This document shows, piece after piece, positions 8,827-17,880 of a stretch of DNA of 24,000 nucleotides. The notes under the pieces are model-generated. The model was not told the origin of the DNA, did not search any database, and was given only the letters and a program-made list of their open reading frames with translations. How positions within the stretch are numbered: position 1 is the first letter of the stretch; each line of letters opens with the position of its first letter. The DNA is from an uncultured Planctomycetaceae bacterium (GTDB lineage Bacteria > Planctomycetota > Phycisphaerae > UBA1845 > UTPLA1), in NCBI GenBank assembly GCA_964592235.1, contig CAZQCF010000022.1, positions 41,404-65,403 of the forward strand, given 5' to 3'. The translations under genes and the position numbers were made by a program.

Positions 8827-9846
8827 TTGACGGCCCTGTTTGAGGCGAACAACGTGGCTCCGCGAAAAGCAAAGAAGGACACCTTTCTCCAGCGACTTGG
8901 TGCAGCCGTCGGCGAATGGCTGATACCGGTCAGCGGTTCGACTGATCGGCCCTGGCTTCGATACTCGGCGCGGGTCGCGGTCGTGCTGGCGATCGTCTTC
9001 GCCACGGGATGGGGCTTCGCAAAGATGGAGCAGCGCGTGGTGTCGCTCGAGCGCTACCAGCAGCCGCTCTACCTCGAATGGGAGCTGCTGCCCGACTGGT
9101 TGCAACTGCCCGACAACCGCCACATTCTGGATACCCTCGCGCGAAGCGTGGATCTCGGTGAGCGCGATCGCCAGCTCGACAGCGAACTGGCGTCACGCAT
9201 CGGGACGGCCCTGACCCGGCCATCCATCGGCTGGGTGCGCGAAGTCGAGCGGGTCCGCGTTCGCAGTGACGGCATCGTCACCGTGCGCTGCCAGTTCCGC
9301 CGCCCCGCCGCGTGGGTGCGCTACGGCAAGTCATGCTACCTCGTGGATGAACAGCGCGTACGCCTGCCCGGCCGCTATCAAATCAGCGACAGCAAGGGCA
9401 GTGGGCTGATCACCGTGCTGGGCACACGCACGGCGCCGCCCGCCGTCGGACACGTCTGGGACGGCGCGGACCTTTCAGCCGGCGTCCTGCTGGTTGAGCT
9501 GCTCAAAGACCGCCCATTTCGTCATCAGGTCACCGCGGTTTATGTTGATAACTACAACGGTCGAGACGACGCGGCGAAACCCTACATCGAACTGGCAACC
9601 GATCGCAAGGACTCGCGCGTCTGGTGGGGCCGCCCGCCGAACGAAGAATTCGGCCGCGAGCCGACGGCGACGCAGAAGATCACGCTGCTGGAATCGCTCT
9701 ATCGCCAGTGGGGCCGCATCGACATGAACCGGCCTTACGTAAGCGTCACGACGTGGCCCGACCGCGTCGCCATGCCCAAACCAATGTCCGCGGTCGACAC
9801 GTCGCAATCCAGCCGCGGCCCGGGCATTCGCCTGCTCCGCGGGTAA
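8827..9846 (+). CDS. ftsQ: FtsQ/DivIB-like cell-division protein (single TM plus POTRA)
   Basis: It sits directly after ddl, as in canonical dcw clusters. It has one TM (ARVAVVLAIVFATGWGF). A POTRA-like stretch follows: IGWVREVERVRVRSDGIVTVRCQFRRPAAWVRYGKSCYLVDEQRVRLPG. The start is uncertain, either TTG 8827 or GTG 8854. Confidence 0.6.
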   Translation: MTALFEANNVAPRKAKKDTFLQRLGAAVGEWLIPVSGSTDRPWLRYSARVAVVLAIVFATGWGFAKMEQRVVSLERYQQPLYLEWELLPDWLQLPDNRHILDTLARSVDLGERDRQLDSELASRIGTALTRPSIGWVREVERVRVRSDGIVTVRCQFRRPAAWVRYGKSCYLVDEQRVRLPGRYQISDSKGSGLITVLGTRTAPPAVGHVWDGADLSAGVLLVELLKDRPFRHQVTAVYVDNYNGRDDAAKPYIELATDRKDSRVWWGRPPNEEFGREPTATQKITLLESLYRQWGRIDMNRPYVSVTTWPDRVAMPKPMSAVDTSQSSRGPGIRLLRG

Positions 9847-9927
9847 CACAGGACCGTCGCCGTGCGTGACGAATCGAGTCGTCGTCCGTTCTCCAAGGTT
9901 GGAACATGACGGAATTCGCCGTATGCT

Positions 9928-10842
9928 GTGCGCGTTCGGGGCGGCGACCCCGGCATGAGAATTCGGAGCATGACGCTGAACTTCCCTATCGCATCCATCG
10001 CCCTGACCGACCCGACCTGGCTTAAGACGTTCCAGGAGTTGCTCAAGTATTATCTGCCGCCTTTTGACCAGAATTCCCCCGCGCTGAACGTCGGCAGCCT
10101 CGTGGCGATTGTGACGGGCGTCTTCCTGGTCTTTCGTTGCGCCCGGTACGAGCGCGGCGTCGTTTGCGTCTTTGCTTTGTTCGCCGGAGCCTGGGCCGGC
10201 TATCGCGTATCGCTTCTAGCCAATACGCCGGGGCCGATCTCCGCCGCCCTCGGCGCGGTGGTACTGGCCGCCATCGCGTATCGAACCTATCGCTGGTGGT
10301 TGGCGGCCGGTTCGGTCCTCGTGTTGTTCTCGATCGCTACGTTGTTTCAGCTCGGCCGCGGGGACCTTCAGCGCTATCTGCCGGCTTCGGGGAACGGTGG
10401 CTCCGCTTCTGCCAACGCCGTGCAGCTTAGCTCGCCAGACGAACAGGAGCGCAACCTGTACCCCGCGGCGCAAGATCAACTGGCGCGCATCAGGGAACGT
10501 ATCTGGGCCGAGTTGAGCGGCCTCGGTCCGCGGGGTTGGTTGCTCCCCGCGCTGGCGGCGATTGTGGGTGGCGTCCTCGCCTTCTGGGCGTTGAAGACAT
10601 TTGCCGTCATTTGGATCGGGCTGGTCGGGGCCGCGATGGCCGTACTGGGCCTATCGACGTTTGTCGGTGCGCATTGGCCGGGCGTTCGAGATCGCTTTAT
10701 TAACCAGCCGCAGATCGTCGCGTACAGCGTTCTGGGACTGTGGCTGCTGGGTCTGGTGCTCCAGGCGAAAGAAGCGCGCTTCCCCAAGCGAAAACCCGCG
10801 CCCGCAGGCGGCGGCGAAAAGCCCGCTCCCCGCCCGGCGTAA
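9928..10842 (+). CDS. Hypothetical polytopic inner-membrane protein (two TM bundles joined by a soluble linker; basic Pro-rich tail)
   Basis: About 4 TM segments (aa ~60-160) are followed by a ~65-aa polar linker (GRGDLQRYLPASGNGG...LARIRERIWAEL). About 4 more TM segments follow, then the tail KEARFPKRKPAPAGGGEKPAPRPA. No family is recognised. Codon and GC character match the neighbours. The start is ambiguous (GTG 9928, ATG 9955 or ATG 9970). Confidence 0.6.
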   Translation: MRVRGGDPGMRIRSMTLNFPIASIALTDPTWLKTFQELLKYYLPPFDQNSPALNVGSLVAIVTGVFLVFRCARYERGVVCVFALFAGAWAGYRVSLLANTPGPISAALGAVVLAAIAYRTYRWWLAAGSVLVLFSIATLFQLGRGDLQRYLPASGNGGSASANAVQLSSPDEQERNLYPAAQDQLARIRERIWAELSGLGPRGWLLPALAAIVGGVLAFWALKTFAVIWIGLVGAAMAVLGLSTFVGAHWPGVRDRFINQPQIVAYSVLGLWLLGLVLQAKEARFPKRKPAPAGGGEKPAPRPA

Positions 10843-10866
10843 AGCCCGCCTCAACACCCCGCCGTG

Positions 10867-13800
10867 TCAAGCCTCCAGCGCCGCCTCATCGTCACTTAGC
10901 AGCGATTCACTCTCCGGCGCTTCGGCCGCTGCATGGCGTTCTGCGTCAGGCGATGATCGAGCAGGCTCCCGGTGCCGCCGGCCAAGAACATCCACGACGC
11001 ATCCGGTCAGCGACTCTACGGACGACACAAACGCCGGCGTCGGCAGCACCGACATGTCCGCCCCACAGCGCACCATCGCTGTGATCGCCGAGGAAGACCG
11101 CAACTCAAGAAACAACGGCACCGCCCCGCGGTGCTTCCGGCAAACGTCGCGCAATTGCCCCAGCAGCGACCGGTCCTCTGCTCGACTCCCCAGTCGCACG
11201 ATGACCGACTCGGCCAGTTTGTGCGGCGCTTCCTCGAGGGAAAGGATTTCCGAGACTTTCACGTTCGGCGTCTCGCGGCGCTTGTCGATTCGACCGCGCA
11301 GAAAAACCAGTTTGTCCGGCGCGATCAGGTCGCGATGACGCTCCAGTTCTTCACCATAGACCACCGCCTCGATTGAACCGCTTAGATCCTCGAAGGCCAG
11401 CACCGCCAGCTTCGACCCGGCGTTGCGCCCGTTGCGCGTCACCGTGAACCGCAGCCGGCTGATCATGCCGCCCAGCACGACCTCCGCGCCGTCCTGCAGG
11501 CTTGGGATGTGCGCGATGTCCGCCGTCGAGAAGCTGCGCAAGTCCGCCGCACGCTGCGCCAGCGGATGGCTCGTCACGTAGAAGCCCAGCACGCTTTTCT
11601 CGTGCGCGAGCATCTCCGCTTCCGACCACTCCGCCGTGGACAGCGCCGGTCGCGGCGCGGCGGATGACGAGTCGGGCGAGAACGAACCAAACATCGTCAT
11701 CTGCCCGCTGGCACGATCGCGCTGCGCCTCGGCACCGACCTGCATGGCCTTATCGAGCGACTCCACCAGCGCTTTGCGCATGGCACCGGTCGTGTCAAAC
11801 GCGCCGGCCTTGATCAGCGCTTCGATCACGCCGCGATTCACGCACGTCAAATCCACGCACTCGCAAAAGTCATAGATACTCTCGAACCGGCCGCCCTTCT
11901 CCCGTGCGGTGACCACCGCCTGCACCGCCTTCACGCCGACGCCCTTGATGGCCGCGAGGCCGAAGCGCAGGCATTCGGCGCTTTCGCCGGTCGCCTTCAG
12001 CGGCGTGAAATCCGCGTGGCTGCTGTTGATGTCCGGCGGTTTCACGTCGATGCCAAGACGACGACACTCGTCGATGTACTCCACCACCTTGTCGGTGTCG
12101 CCCATTTCATACGTCAGCAGGGCCGCCATGAACTCCAGCGGGTAGTACGTCTTCACGAAAGCGGTCTGAAACGCCACCAGCGCATAGCCCGTCGAGTGCG
12201 CCTTGTTGAACGCATACTCGCCGAACGGGAGAATATCGTTGAAAATCTTCTCCGCCGCCTGGCGCGACACGCCGTGCGCCGTCGCCCCCGCGATGAACGG
12301 CTCGCGCTCCGCCTCGATCATCGACGTCTTCTTCTTGCTGATCGCCTTGGCGAGGCGAAACGCACGCTTCCGCTCGATCTGACCGAGCTGGTTCACCAGC
12401 CGGGCCACCTGCTCCTGGTACACGATGATGCCGTACGTCTCGGCCAGCACCTCGTCCATGATCGGATGCGGGCTGGACCAGCGTTCGCCGTGCTTCCGCG
12501 AAACGTATTGCTCGATGTACTTCATCGGGCCGGGGCGATAGAGCGCGTTGGCGGCGATCAGGTCCTCGATCCGATTGGGCCGCATCTTCATCAGCACGTC
12601 GCGCATCCCGCCGGACTCAAACTGGAACACGCCGCGCGTATGACCCTGCGCGAACAACTCATAGACCCGTGCATCCTTCAAATTCAAATTGCCCAGATCG
12701 ATCGTCACGCCATGATTCTGCTCCACCAACTTGCAGGCCAGCGTCAGCACGCTCAAGGTCCGAAGGCCGAGGAAGTCCATCTTCAACAGGCCCACGGCCT
12801 CGACCGTCGGCCCCTCGAACTGCGTCATCACCGCGTCAGTCTTCGTGTCCTTGTACAACGGCAACAGTCGATCCAGCGGCTCATCGGCGATCACCACACC
12901 GGCCGCGTGCACCGACGGATGTCGTGCGAGGCCCTCGATTCGCCGGCCGATGTCGATCACCTTCCGCAGCGTCGGATCGGAATCGTACAACTTGCGAAGT
13001 TCCGGCTCCTGGGCCAGCGCCTTGTCGAGGGTCATCTTCAATTCTTCGGGCACCAGCTTGGCGACGCGATCCGCCTCCGAGAGCGGCACGCCCAGCACAC
13101 GGCAGACGTCGCGGATCGCCGCTCGCGCCTTAAGCGTGCCAAAGGTGATGATCTGCGCGACGTGGCCGTACTTTTCCCGCACGTAGCGGATGACCTCGTC
13201 CCGGCCATCCTGGCAGATATCAATATCAATGTCAGGCATGTCGTCGCGGTCCGGGTCCATGAACCGCTCGAAATACAGGCCGTACCGCAGCGGGTCGGGT
13301 TGCGACAGATACAGGCAATACGCGACCACCGACGAACAACCGCTGCCGCGCGCCCCGCACGGAATGCCCCGGCCGCGCGCGTAGTGCACGAAATCCCAGC
13401 AGATCAGAAAATAACTGGAGAACCCCTTGCTTTGAATGACGTTCAGCTCATAGTCGATGCGTTCGCGCAGCTCGTCGCTGATTTCGCCGTATCGCTCGGC
13501 TGCACCTTCGTACACGTGACGGCGCAGGCAATCCTCCGCCGGCTCAGCGTCGGGCGGGCGATAGACCGGCGTGTGGCGCGTCTTAAAATCCAACTCGACA
13601 TTACAGCGCTCGGCGATGGCAACGGTGTTTGACATCGCCTCCGGCACGTTCGGAAACAGCGATGCCATGTCCGCTGGCGATTTCAGGAAGAACTGATCCG
13701 ACGGGAACTTGAACCGATTGGTGTCGGCCTGCAGCGCCCGCGTCGCGATGCAGCACAGTACGTCGTGCGCCTCAACGTCCTCATGCCGCAGGTAATGAAC

Positions 13801-14475
13801 GTCGTTCGTGACGATCAGCCCCACACCCTTGCGGTTCGCGATGTCGATCAACTCGGGATTGATCAGTCGCTGGTCATCAATGCCGTGGTCCTGTAGCTCG
13901 ATGAAAAACCGCTCCGGTCCGAAGACGCGCAGGTACCAGTCGGCGATCTGCTCGGCCGCGGCGCGATCCCGCGCGATCAGCATCTGCGGAATCTCCGCTC
14001 CCAGGCACGTGCTCGTGCAGATCAATCCCTCGCTGTGTGCTTCAAGCGTCTCGCGGTCGATCCGCGGTTTGTAATAAAACCCCTCGGTGTACCCGAGCGA
14101 CGCCAGCCGCAGCAGGTTGCGATAACCCGTGTTGTTCATCGCCAGCAGCAGCAAGTGATAGTTCGGGTCGCGACCATCGGACGAGGATTTGTCCAGGCGA
14201 CTGCCCGGCGCGATGTACGCCTCCATGCCAAGGATGGGCTTCACGCCTGCGGCCACGGCTGTCTTATAGAACTCGACCACGCCGAACATGTTCCCGTGAT
14301 CCGTGATCGCGACGGACGACATGCCGAGGCGCTTCGTCTGGTCGATCAGCTCATTGATGCGATTGGCGCCATCGAGCAGGCTGTAATGCGTATGGACGTG
14401 CAGGTGCGCGAAGGGCACGGCGATGGGCTGGGCGGACGCCGCGCCGTTGCTGGGACCATCCGTGGACATGGGCAA
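10867..14475 (-). CDS. dnaE: DNA polymerase III alpha subunit DnaE
   Basis: 1202 aa. The PHP domain opens with FAHLHVHTHYSLLDGANRI and includes VAITDHGNMFG. The core contains ...GRGSGCSSVVAYCL..., ...DFLGLRTLS... and ...YRPGPM..., and an OB-fold C-terminus follows. Confidence 0.97.
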   Translation of the reverse strand: MPMSTDGPSNGAASAQPIAVPFAHLHVHTHYSLLDGANRINELIDQTKRLGMSSVAITDHGNMFGVVEFYKTAVAAGVKPILGMEAYIAPGSRLDKSSSDGRDPNYHLLLLAMNNTGYRNLLRLASLGYTEGFYYKPRIDRETLEAHSEGLICTSTCLGAEIPQMLIARDRAAAEQIADWYLRVFGPERFFIELQDHGIDDQRLINPELIDIANRKGVGLIVTNDVHYLRHEDVEAHDVLCCIATRALQADTNRFKFPSDQFFLKSPADMASLFPNVPEAMSNTVAIAERCNVELDFKTRHTPVYRPPDAEPAEDCLRRHVYEGAAERYGEISDELRERIDYELNVIQSKGFSSYFLICWDFVHYARGRGIPCGARGSGCSSVVAYCLYLSQPDPLRYGLYFERFMDPDRDDMPDIDIDICQDGRDEVIRYVREKYGHVAQIITFGTLKARAAIRDVCRVLGVPLSEADRVAKLVPEELKMTLDKALAQEPELRKLYDSDPTLRKVIDIGRRIEGLARHPSVHAAGVVIADEPLDRLLPLYKDTKTDAVMTQFEGPTVEAVGLLKMDFLGLRTLSVLTLACKLVEQNHGVTIDLGNLNLKDARVYELFAQGHTRGVFQFESGGMRDVLMKMRPNRIEDLIAANALYRPGPMKYIEQYVSRKHGERWSSPHPIMDEVLAETYGIIVYQEQVARLVNQLGQIERKRAFRLAKAISKKKTSMIEAEREPFIAGATAHGVSRQAAEKIFNDILPFGEYAFNKAHSTGYALVAFQTAFVKTYYPLEFMAALLTYEMGDTDKVVEYIDECRRLGIDVKPPDINSSHADFTPLKATGESAECLRFGLAAIKGVGVKAVQAVVTAREKGGRFESIYDFCECVDLTCVNRGVIEALIKAGAFDTTGAMRKALVESLDKAMQVGAEAQRDRASGQMTMFGSFSPDSSSAAPRPALSTAEWSEAEMLAHEKSVLGFYVTSHPLAQRAADLRSFSTADIAHIPSLQDGAEVVLGGMISRLRFTVTRNGRNAGSKLAVLAFEDLSGSIEAVVYGEELERHRDLIAPDKLVFLRGRIDKRRETPNVKVSEILSLEEAPHKLAESVIVRLGSRAEDRSLLGQLRDVCRKHRGAVPLFLELRSSSAITAMVRCGADMSVLPTPAFVSSVESLTGCVVDVLGRRHREPARSSPDAERHAAAEAPESESLLSDDEAALEA

Positions 14476-14523
14476 TGCTGCTTTCGGGCGAATCGTTCAA
14501 CGAGTCAACTGGCGATGGCCCGT

Positions 14524-14552
14524 ATCCTATGCACGGCGCGCGGCAATGCCAA
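14524..14552 (-). promoter_or_regulatory. Candidate sigma70-type promoter for dnaE (TTGGCA-17 nt-TAGGAT on the minus strand)
   Basis: Read by eye on the reverse complement. The -35 TTGGCA is at 14552-14547, the spacer is 17 nt, and the -10 TAGGAT is at 14529-14524. This is about 50 nt upstream of the dnaE ATG. It is a pattern match only. Confidence 0.25.
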
Positions 14553-14584
14553 GCGGTGCCGGACCGGCTGTGAAAATACTTTTG

Positions 14585-15097
14585 TCAATTCCTGGAGCCG
14601 TCGATCACGCGACTGGCCACCACGCGCGGCGCGTCGGCAGAACTCGTCCCCGGTTGCCCCACGCCAGCCCCACACGTTTGTGAAGTCATCTCCCCCTCAC
14701 GCGATTGAACCGTACGAATCGTGAAATGCGCGACCGCCGTTCGCCTTGTGAAGTACCTCCGTAGCGCGCCGCGGAACAAGCGCCGCGTCACCGGAATCAA
14801 CAGGAAGACCCCAAGCAGATCCGTCAAAAATCCCGGCGTTACAAGCAAAGCCGCCGCCAACAGGATCAAGGCCCCGTCCGCCAAGTCGTCGCCCGGCATC
14901 CGCCCGTCTGCCAGTTCGCCCTGAATCCGCGCCAGCGTTCGCAGGCCCTGCCAGCGAGCCAAGGCCGCCCCGGCAAACCCCGTCGCGAGCACAATCCCCA
15001 CGGTCGGCCAGAAGCCAAGCACGCCGCCGATGCGGAGCAACAGGACAAGGTCAGCCAGCGGCAACCCAATGAACAAGATGAAAAGCCAACCCAGCAA
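14585..15097 (-). CDS. fxsA: FxsA family (UPF0716) cytoplasmic membrane protein
   Basis: LFILFIGLPLADLVLLLRIGGVLGFWPTVGIVLATGFAGAALAR...DGALILLAAALLVTPGFLTDLLGVFLLIPVTRRL matches the FxsA signature. The TTG start at 15097 is supported by GGAGG (15105-15109, minus strand) 7 nt upstream. Confidence 0.85.
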   Translation of the reverse strand: MLGWLFILFIGLPLADLVLLLRIGGVLGFWPTVGIVLATGFAGAALARWQGLRTLARIQGELADGRMPGDDLADGALILLAAALLVTPGFLTDLLGVFLLIPVTRRLFRGALRRYFTRRTAVAHFTIRTVQSREGEMTSQTCGAGVGQPGTSSADAPRVVASRVIDGSRN

Positions 15098-15363
15098 TTC
15101 CGAACCTCCAGGCTGGCACGACGCGCCAACCTTATGTTTTCCATAATGTTAGAAGCCAGAAAACCCGAATCCCGATGCGGCTCGCGGGACCGGCGGCGTT
15201 TCCGTCAGCCCCTTGAAGGGTAGTCCCAGCGAACCAATCAAACAACCATGCACCGACGCTCCTTCTCGGTCGGTTCCTTCGCACGGCGAACCGCTCTTGC
15301 CGCCGACAATACTGGTATGGCCCAATTCCCCGTCTGGCAGCATTGAAATCGCGTGCAGGTCAT

Positions 15364-15391
15364 TTGATGCACTTCGTTCGGCGGTTATATT
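15364..15391 (+). promoter_or_regulatory. Candidate promoter for bamA (TTGATG-16 nt-TATATT)
   Basis: -35-like TTGATG (15364-15369) and -10-like TATATT (15386-15391) lie about 50 nt before ATG 15444. They sit in a lower-GC 346-nt divergent intergenic region. A 5-bp inverted repeat, GTGCA(15353-15357)/TGCAC(15368-15372), overlaps the -35. Confidence 0.25.
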
Positions 15392-15443
15392 TCGGCCACG
15401 CGGCGCAGGCCATGCCGACGCCGCACCTTGCACAAGGGGCAGG

Positions 15444-17825
15444 ATGACGCGCCAGACACGGATGTTCAGCCAGATCCCTCCTCGCCGGGCCGTCGCCATC
15501 CTGACGCTCGGACTGTTCGCCCTTGTATCCATGATGGGTCTGTTGCAAGTCGGCCCGCAGCCGACACCTGAAACCGTTCGCGCGGAGGGGCGCATCATCG
15601 ATCGCGTCGAAATCCAGGGCTTGCGAACCGTTGACGAAGCCTACCTGCAAACCGTCATACGCATTCAACCCGGCACACCGTGGCGGCGCGAGGAAATCGC
15701 CGCAGCCGTGGCACGCCTCGCCGAGACCGGCAAGTTTGAAGGTAATCCTTACGCGGAAGCGCGCGAGGAAGACGGGAAACTCGTCTGCGTGTTCGTCGTT
15801 CAGGAGCGGCCATTCGTGACGGAAGTCACGATCCTGGGGAACGAGAAATTCAAGACCGATGAATTGATGAAAGACATCGATCTGTCCGTCGGCTCGCCGA
15901 TCAGCGAGTTCCTGCTGAACCAGGCGAAGCAGGCCATCGAGCGCAAGTATCGCGAGGCAGGCTACTATCACGTGGCCGTCGAGGTCGACGAGGCGGCCCT
16001 GCGCGACGAACAGCGCGTGATCATTCGCATCGCCGAGGGGCCGCGAGTGAAGGTGCGGAAGATCCTGTTCGAGGGTAACGCCAGCTTCACGCCGCGTCGG
16101 CTCCGCGAGCAGATCGAAACGACGACGTACATCTGGTTGCTTCGCACGGGCGCGTTTGACGACGAGACGGCCCAGCGCGACGCCGCCGCACTGAAGAAGT
16201 TCTACGTCGACCGCGGCTACCTCAACGCACAGGTCGGCTATCGCATCGATCTGGCGCAGAATCAGAGCGACCTGACCGTCATCTTCCAGATCGACGAAGG
16301 CCAGCAGCATCTCATCAAGTCGATCGAATACGTTGGCAACCGCGTGTACGACGACGATCGTGTCTCTTCGATCATGTCGCGCACCAACGTCGGGAAACCG
16401 ATCGACGCCGACATTCTGAAGGAAGACCGCGAAAAACTCGTCGCTGCGTACGGGCAGGAAGGCTACATCTACACCGAGGTCACGACGACGCACGTCTTCG
16501 ACGAGGAAGACGGCTACGTCAACCTCACCATCGACGTGAAAGAGCGTGAGCAATACCGCTTTGGTCGCGTCGAGGTGCGCGGGAATCGCAATACCAAGGA
16601 CAAGGTCATCCGCCGCGAGCTGCGATTCTTCCCCGAGGAGCTTTACAACACCACGGCCACGAAGGACGCCGAAAACCGGCTCGTGGAGTCGCGCCTCTTC
16701 AGCGAGGCGACGATCACCCCGCAGGGCGAGTTGCCCGGCGTGCGCGACGCGCTCGTCGAAGTCGCCGAGGCCCAGACGACGACCGTGCTGTTCGGCGTAG
16801 GCGTCACCAGCAACAACGGCCTGGTCGGCTCGGTCACGATTGAAAATCGCAACTTTGATTTATTTGACTGGCCGCGTACAGCGGGGCAGCTCTTCCGCGG
16901 GCGGGCCTTCAAGGGCGCGGGGCAGACGCTGCGTCTGCAACTCGAACCCGGCACCGAGGTCAGCCGCGGGCGCATCGATTTCCGCGAACCTTACCTGCTC
17001 GATCAGGAGGTCGGCCTGGGGCTGGGGGCATATGTGTTTGAGCGCGATCGCGACGAGTACGATGAGGAGCGCCTTGGTTTCTATACGAGCCTTGATCGTC
17101 GATTCCGCGATGGCATCCTGAAGGGCTGGGCGGCCGAGGCGGCCTTCCGATTCGAGTACATCGACATCGGCGGCGTGGATTGGCTGACCGCCGACGAGAT
17201 CAAGGACGACGCCGGCGACAGTTGGCTGACTTCGATCAAGCCGAGTCTCGTGCGCGACACGACCGACAGCGCCTGGCTGCCATCCAAGGGCTTCCGGTTT
17301 AAGACCTCCTACGAGCAGGCCGGGGCGATGGGCGGCGATTACAGCTTCGGCAAGCTCATGGTCGAGCACGACCACTACTTCACGCTGCACAAGGATACGT
17401 TCGACCGCAAACACATTCTGCGCCTCGGCGCGACCGGCGGGCAGATCTTCGGCGACGCCCCGGTGTTTGAACGCTTCTACGGCGGCGGCATCGGCTCGAT
17501 CCGCGGCTTCGAATTTCGCGGCATCAGCCCTCGCGCCGGCCTGCGAGACGATCGCATCGGCGGCGATTTCATGCTCGTCACGACCGCTGAATACTCGTTC
17601 CCGATCATGGGCAAGGTGCTGCGCGGCGTGGCCTTCACCGACATGGGCACGGTCGAAGACAACTTTGGCATTTCTGACTGGCGGGCCAGCGTGGGCATCG
17701 GCGCCCGGCTGTACATCAAGTACTTCGGGCCGATCCCGCTCGCGTTCGACCTGGCGTTCCCCGTCACCAAGAACAGCGACGACGACACACAGGTCTTCAG
17801 CTTCTCGTTCGGCACCACGTTCTAA
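15444..17825 (+). CDS. bamA: Outer-membrane protein assembly factor BamA (POTRA repeats plus Omp85 beta-barrel)
   Basis: There is a signal-anchor (RRAVAILTLGLFALVSMMGLL). Repeated POTRA-like units are present (IDRVEIQGLRTV..., VTEVTILGNEKFKTDEL..., VRKILFEGNASF..., IKSIEYVGNRVY..., FGRVEVRGNRNTKDKVIRREL). The C-terminal barrel carries RFYGGGIGSIRGF and ends with a terminal F. The listed ORF start 15213 was rejected in favour of ATG 15444 because the upstream 77 codons have no signal-peptide logic. Confidence 0.93.
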   Translation: MTRQTRMFSQIPPRRAVAILTLGLFALVSMMGLLQVGPQPTPETVRAEGRIIDRVEIQGLRTVDEAYLQTVIRIQPGTPWRREEIAAAVARLAETGKFEGNPYAEAREEDGKLVCVFVVQERPFVTEVTILGNEKFKTDELMKDIDLSVGSPISEFLLNQAKQAIERKYREAGYYHVAVEVDEAALRDEQRVIIRIAEGPRVKVRKILFEGNASFTPRRLREQIETTTYIWLLRTGAFDDETAQRDAAALKKFYVDRGYLNAQVGYRIDLAQNQSDLTVIFQIDEGQQHLIKSIEYVGNRVYDDDRVSSIMSRTNVGKPIDADILKEDREKLVAAYGQEGYIYTEVTTTHVFDEEDGYVNLTIDVKEREQYRFGRVEVRGNRNTKDKVIRRELRFFPEELYNTTATKDAENRLVESRLFSEATITPQGELPGVRDALVEVAEAQTTTVLFGVGVTSNNGLVGSVTIENRNFDLFDWPRTAGQLFRGRAFKGAGQTLRLQLEPGTEVSRGRIDFREPYLLDQEVGLGLGAYVFERDRDEYDEERLGFYTSLDRRFRDGILKGWAAEAAFRFEYIDIGGVDWLTADEIKDDAGDSWLTSIKPSLVRDTTDSAWLPSKGFRFKTSYEQAGAMGGDYSFGKLMVEHDHYFTLHKDTFDRKHILRLGATGGQIFGDAPVFERFYGGGIGSIRGFEFRGISPRAGLRDDRIGGDFMLVTTAEYSFPIMGKVLRGVAFTDMGTVEDNFGISDWRASVGIGARLYIKYFGPIPLAFDLAFPVTKNSDDDTQVFSFSFGTTF

Positions 17826-17880
17826 CGGCCCGCGGATATTCAATGCTACAGGTGTCTGGTCCATCGCCGACCAGCGCGGC

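Noticed and set aside
9905-9970. Two GAATTC palindromes and a GGAG upstream of the membrane-protein gene as regulatory sites
   Set aside because: Six-bp palindromes are expected by chance. The GGAG is only 1 nt from ATG 9970, so it does not help to resolve the start.
12016-13632. 538-aa plus-strand ORF, with similar long shadow ORFs at 5937-7184 (-), 15360-16553 (-), 16860-17921 (-), 20931-21878 (-), 22102-23160 (+), 4116-5126 (+) and 18020-18745 (-)
   Set aside because: All lie antisense to, or out of frame with, confidently identified genes (dnaE, murC/murB, bamA, the repeat protein, the amidohydrolase, the YkgJ-like gene and the PEP-CTERM gene). Their translations are Arg/Ala/Pro/Gly/His-rich with no motifs. 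This is the expected stop-codon-poor shadow of high-GC coding DNA.
15213-15443. N-terminal 77 codons of the listed BamA ORF (start 15213)
   Set aside because: No signal-peptide logic is present. The hydrophobic signal-anchor appears only after M78 (ATG 15444). The region is lower-GC intergenic DNA carrying promoter-like elements.
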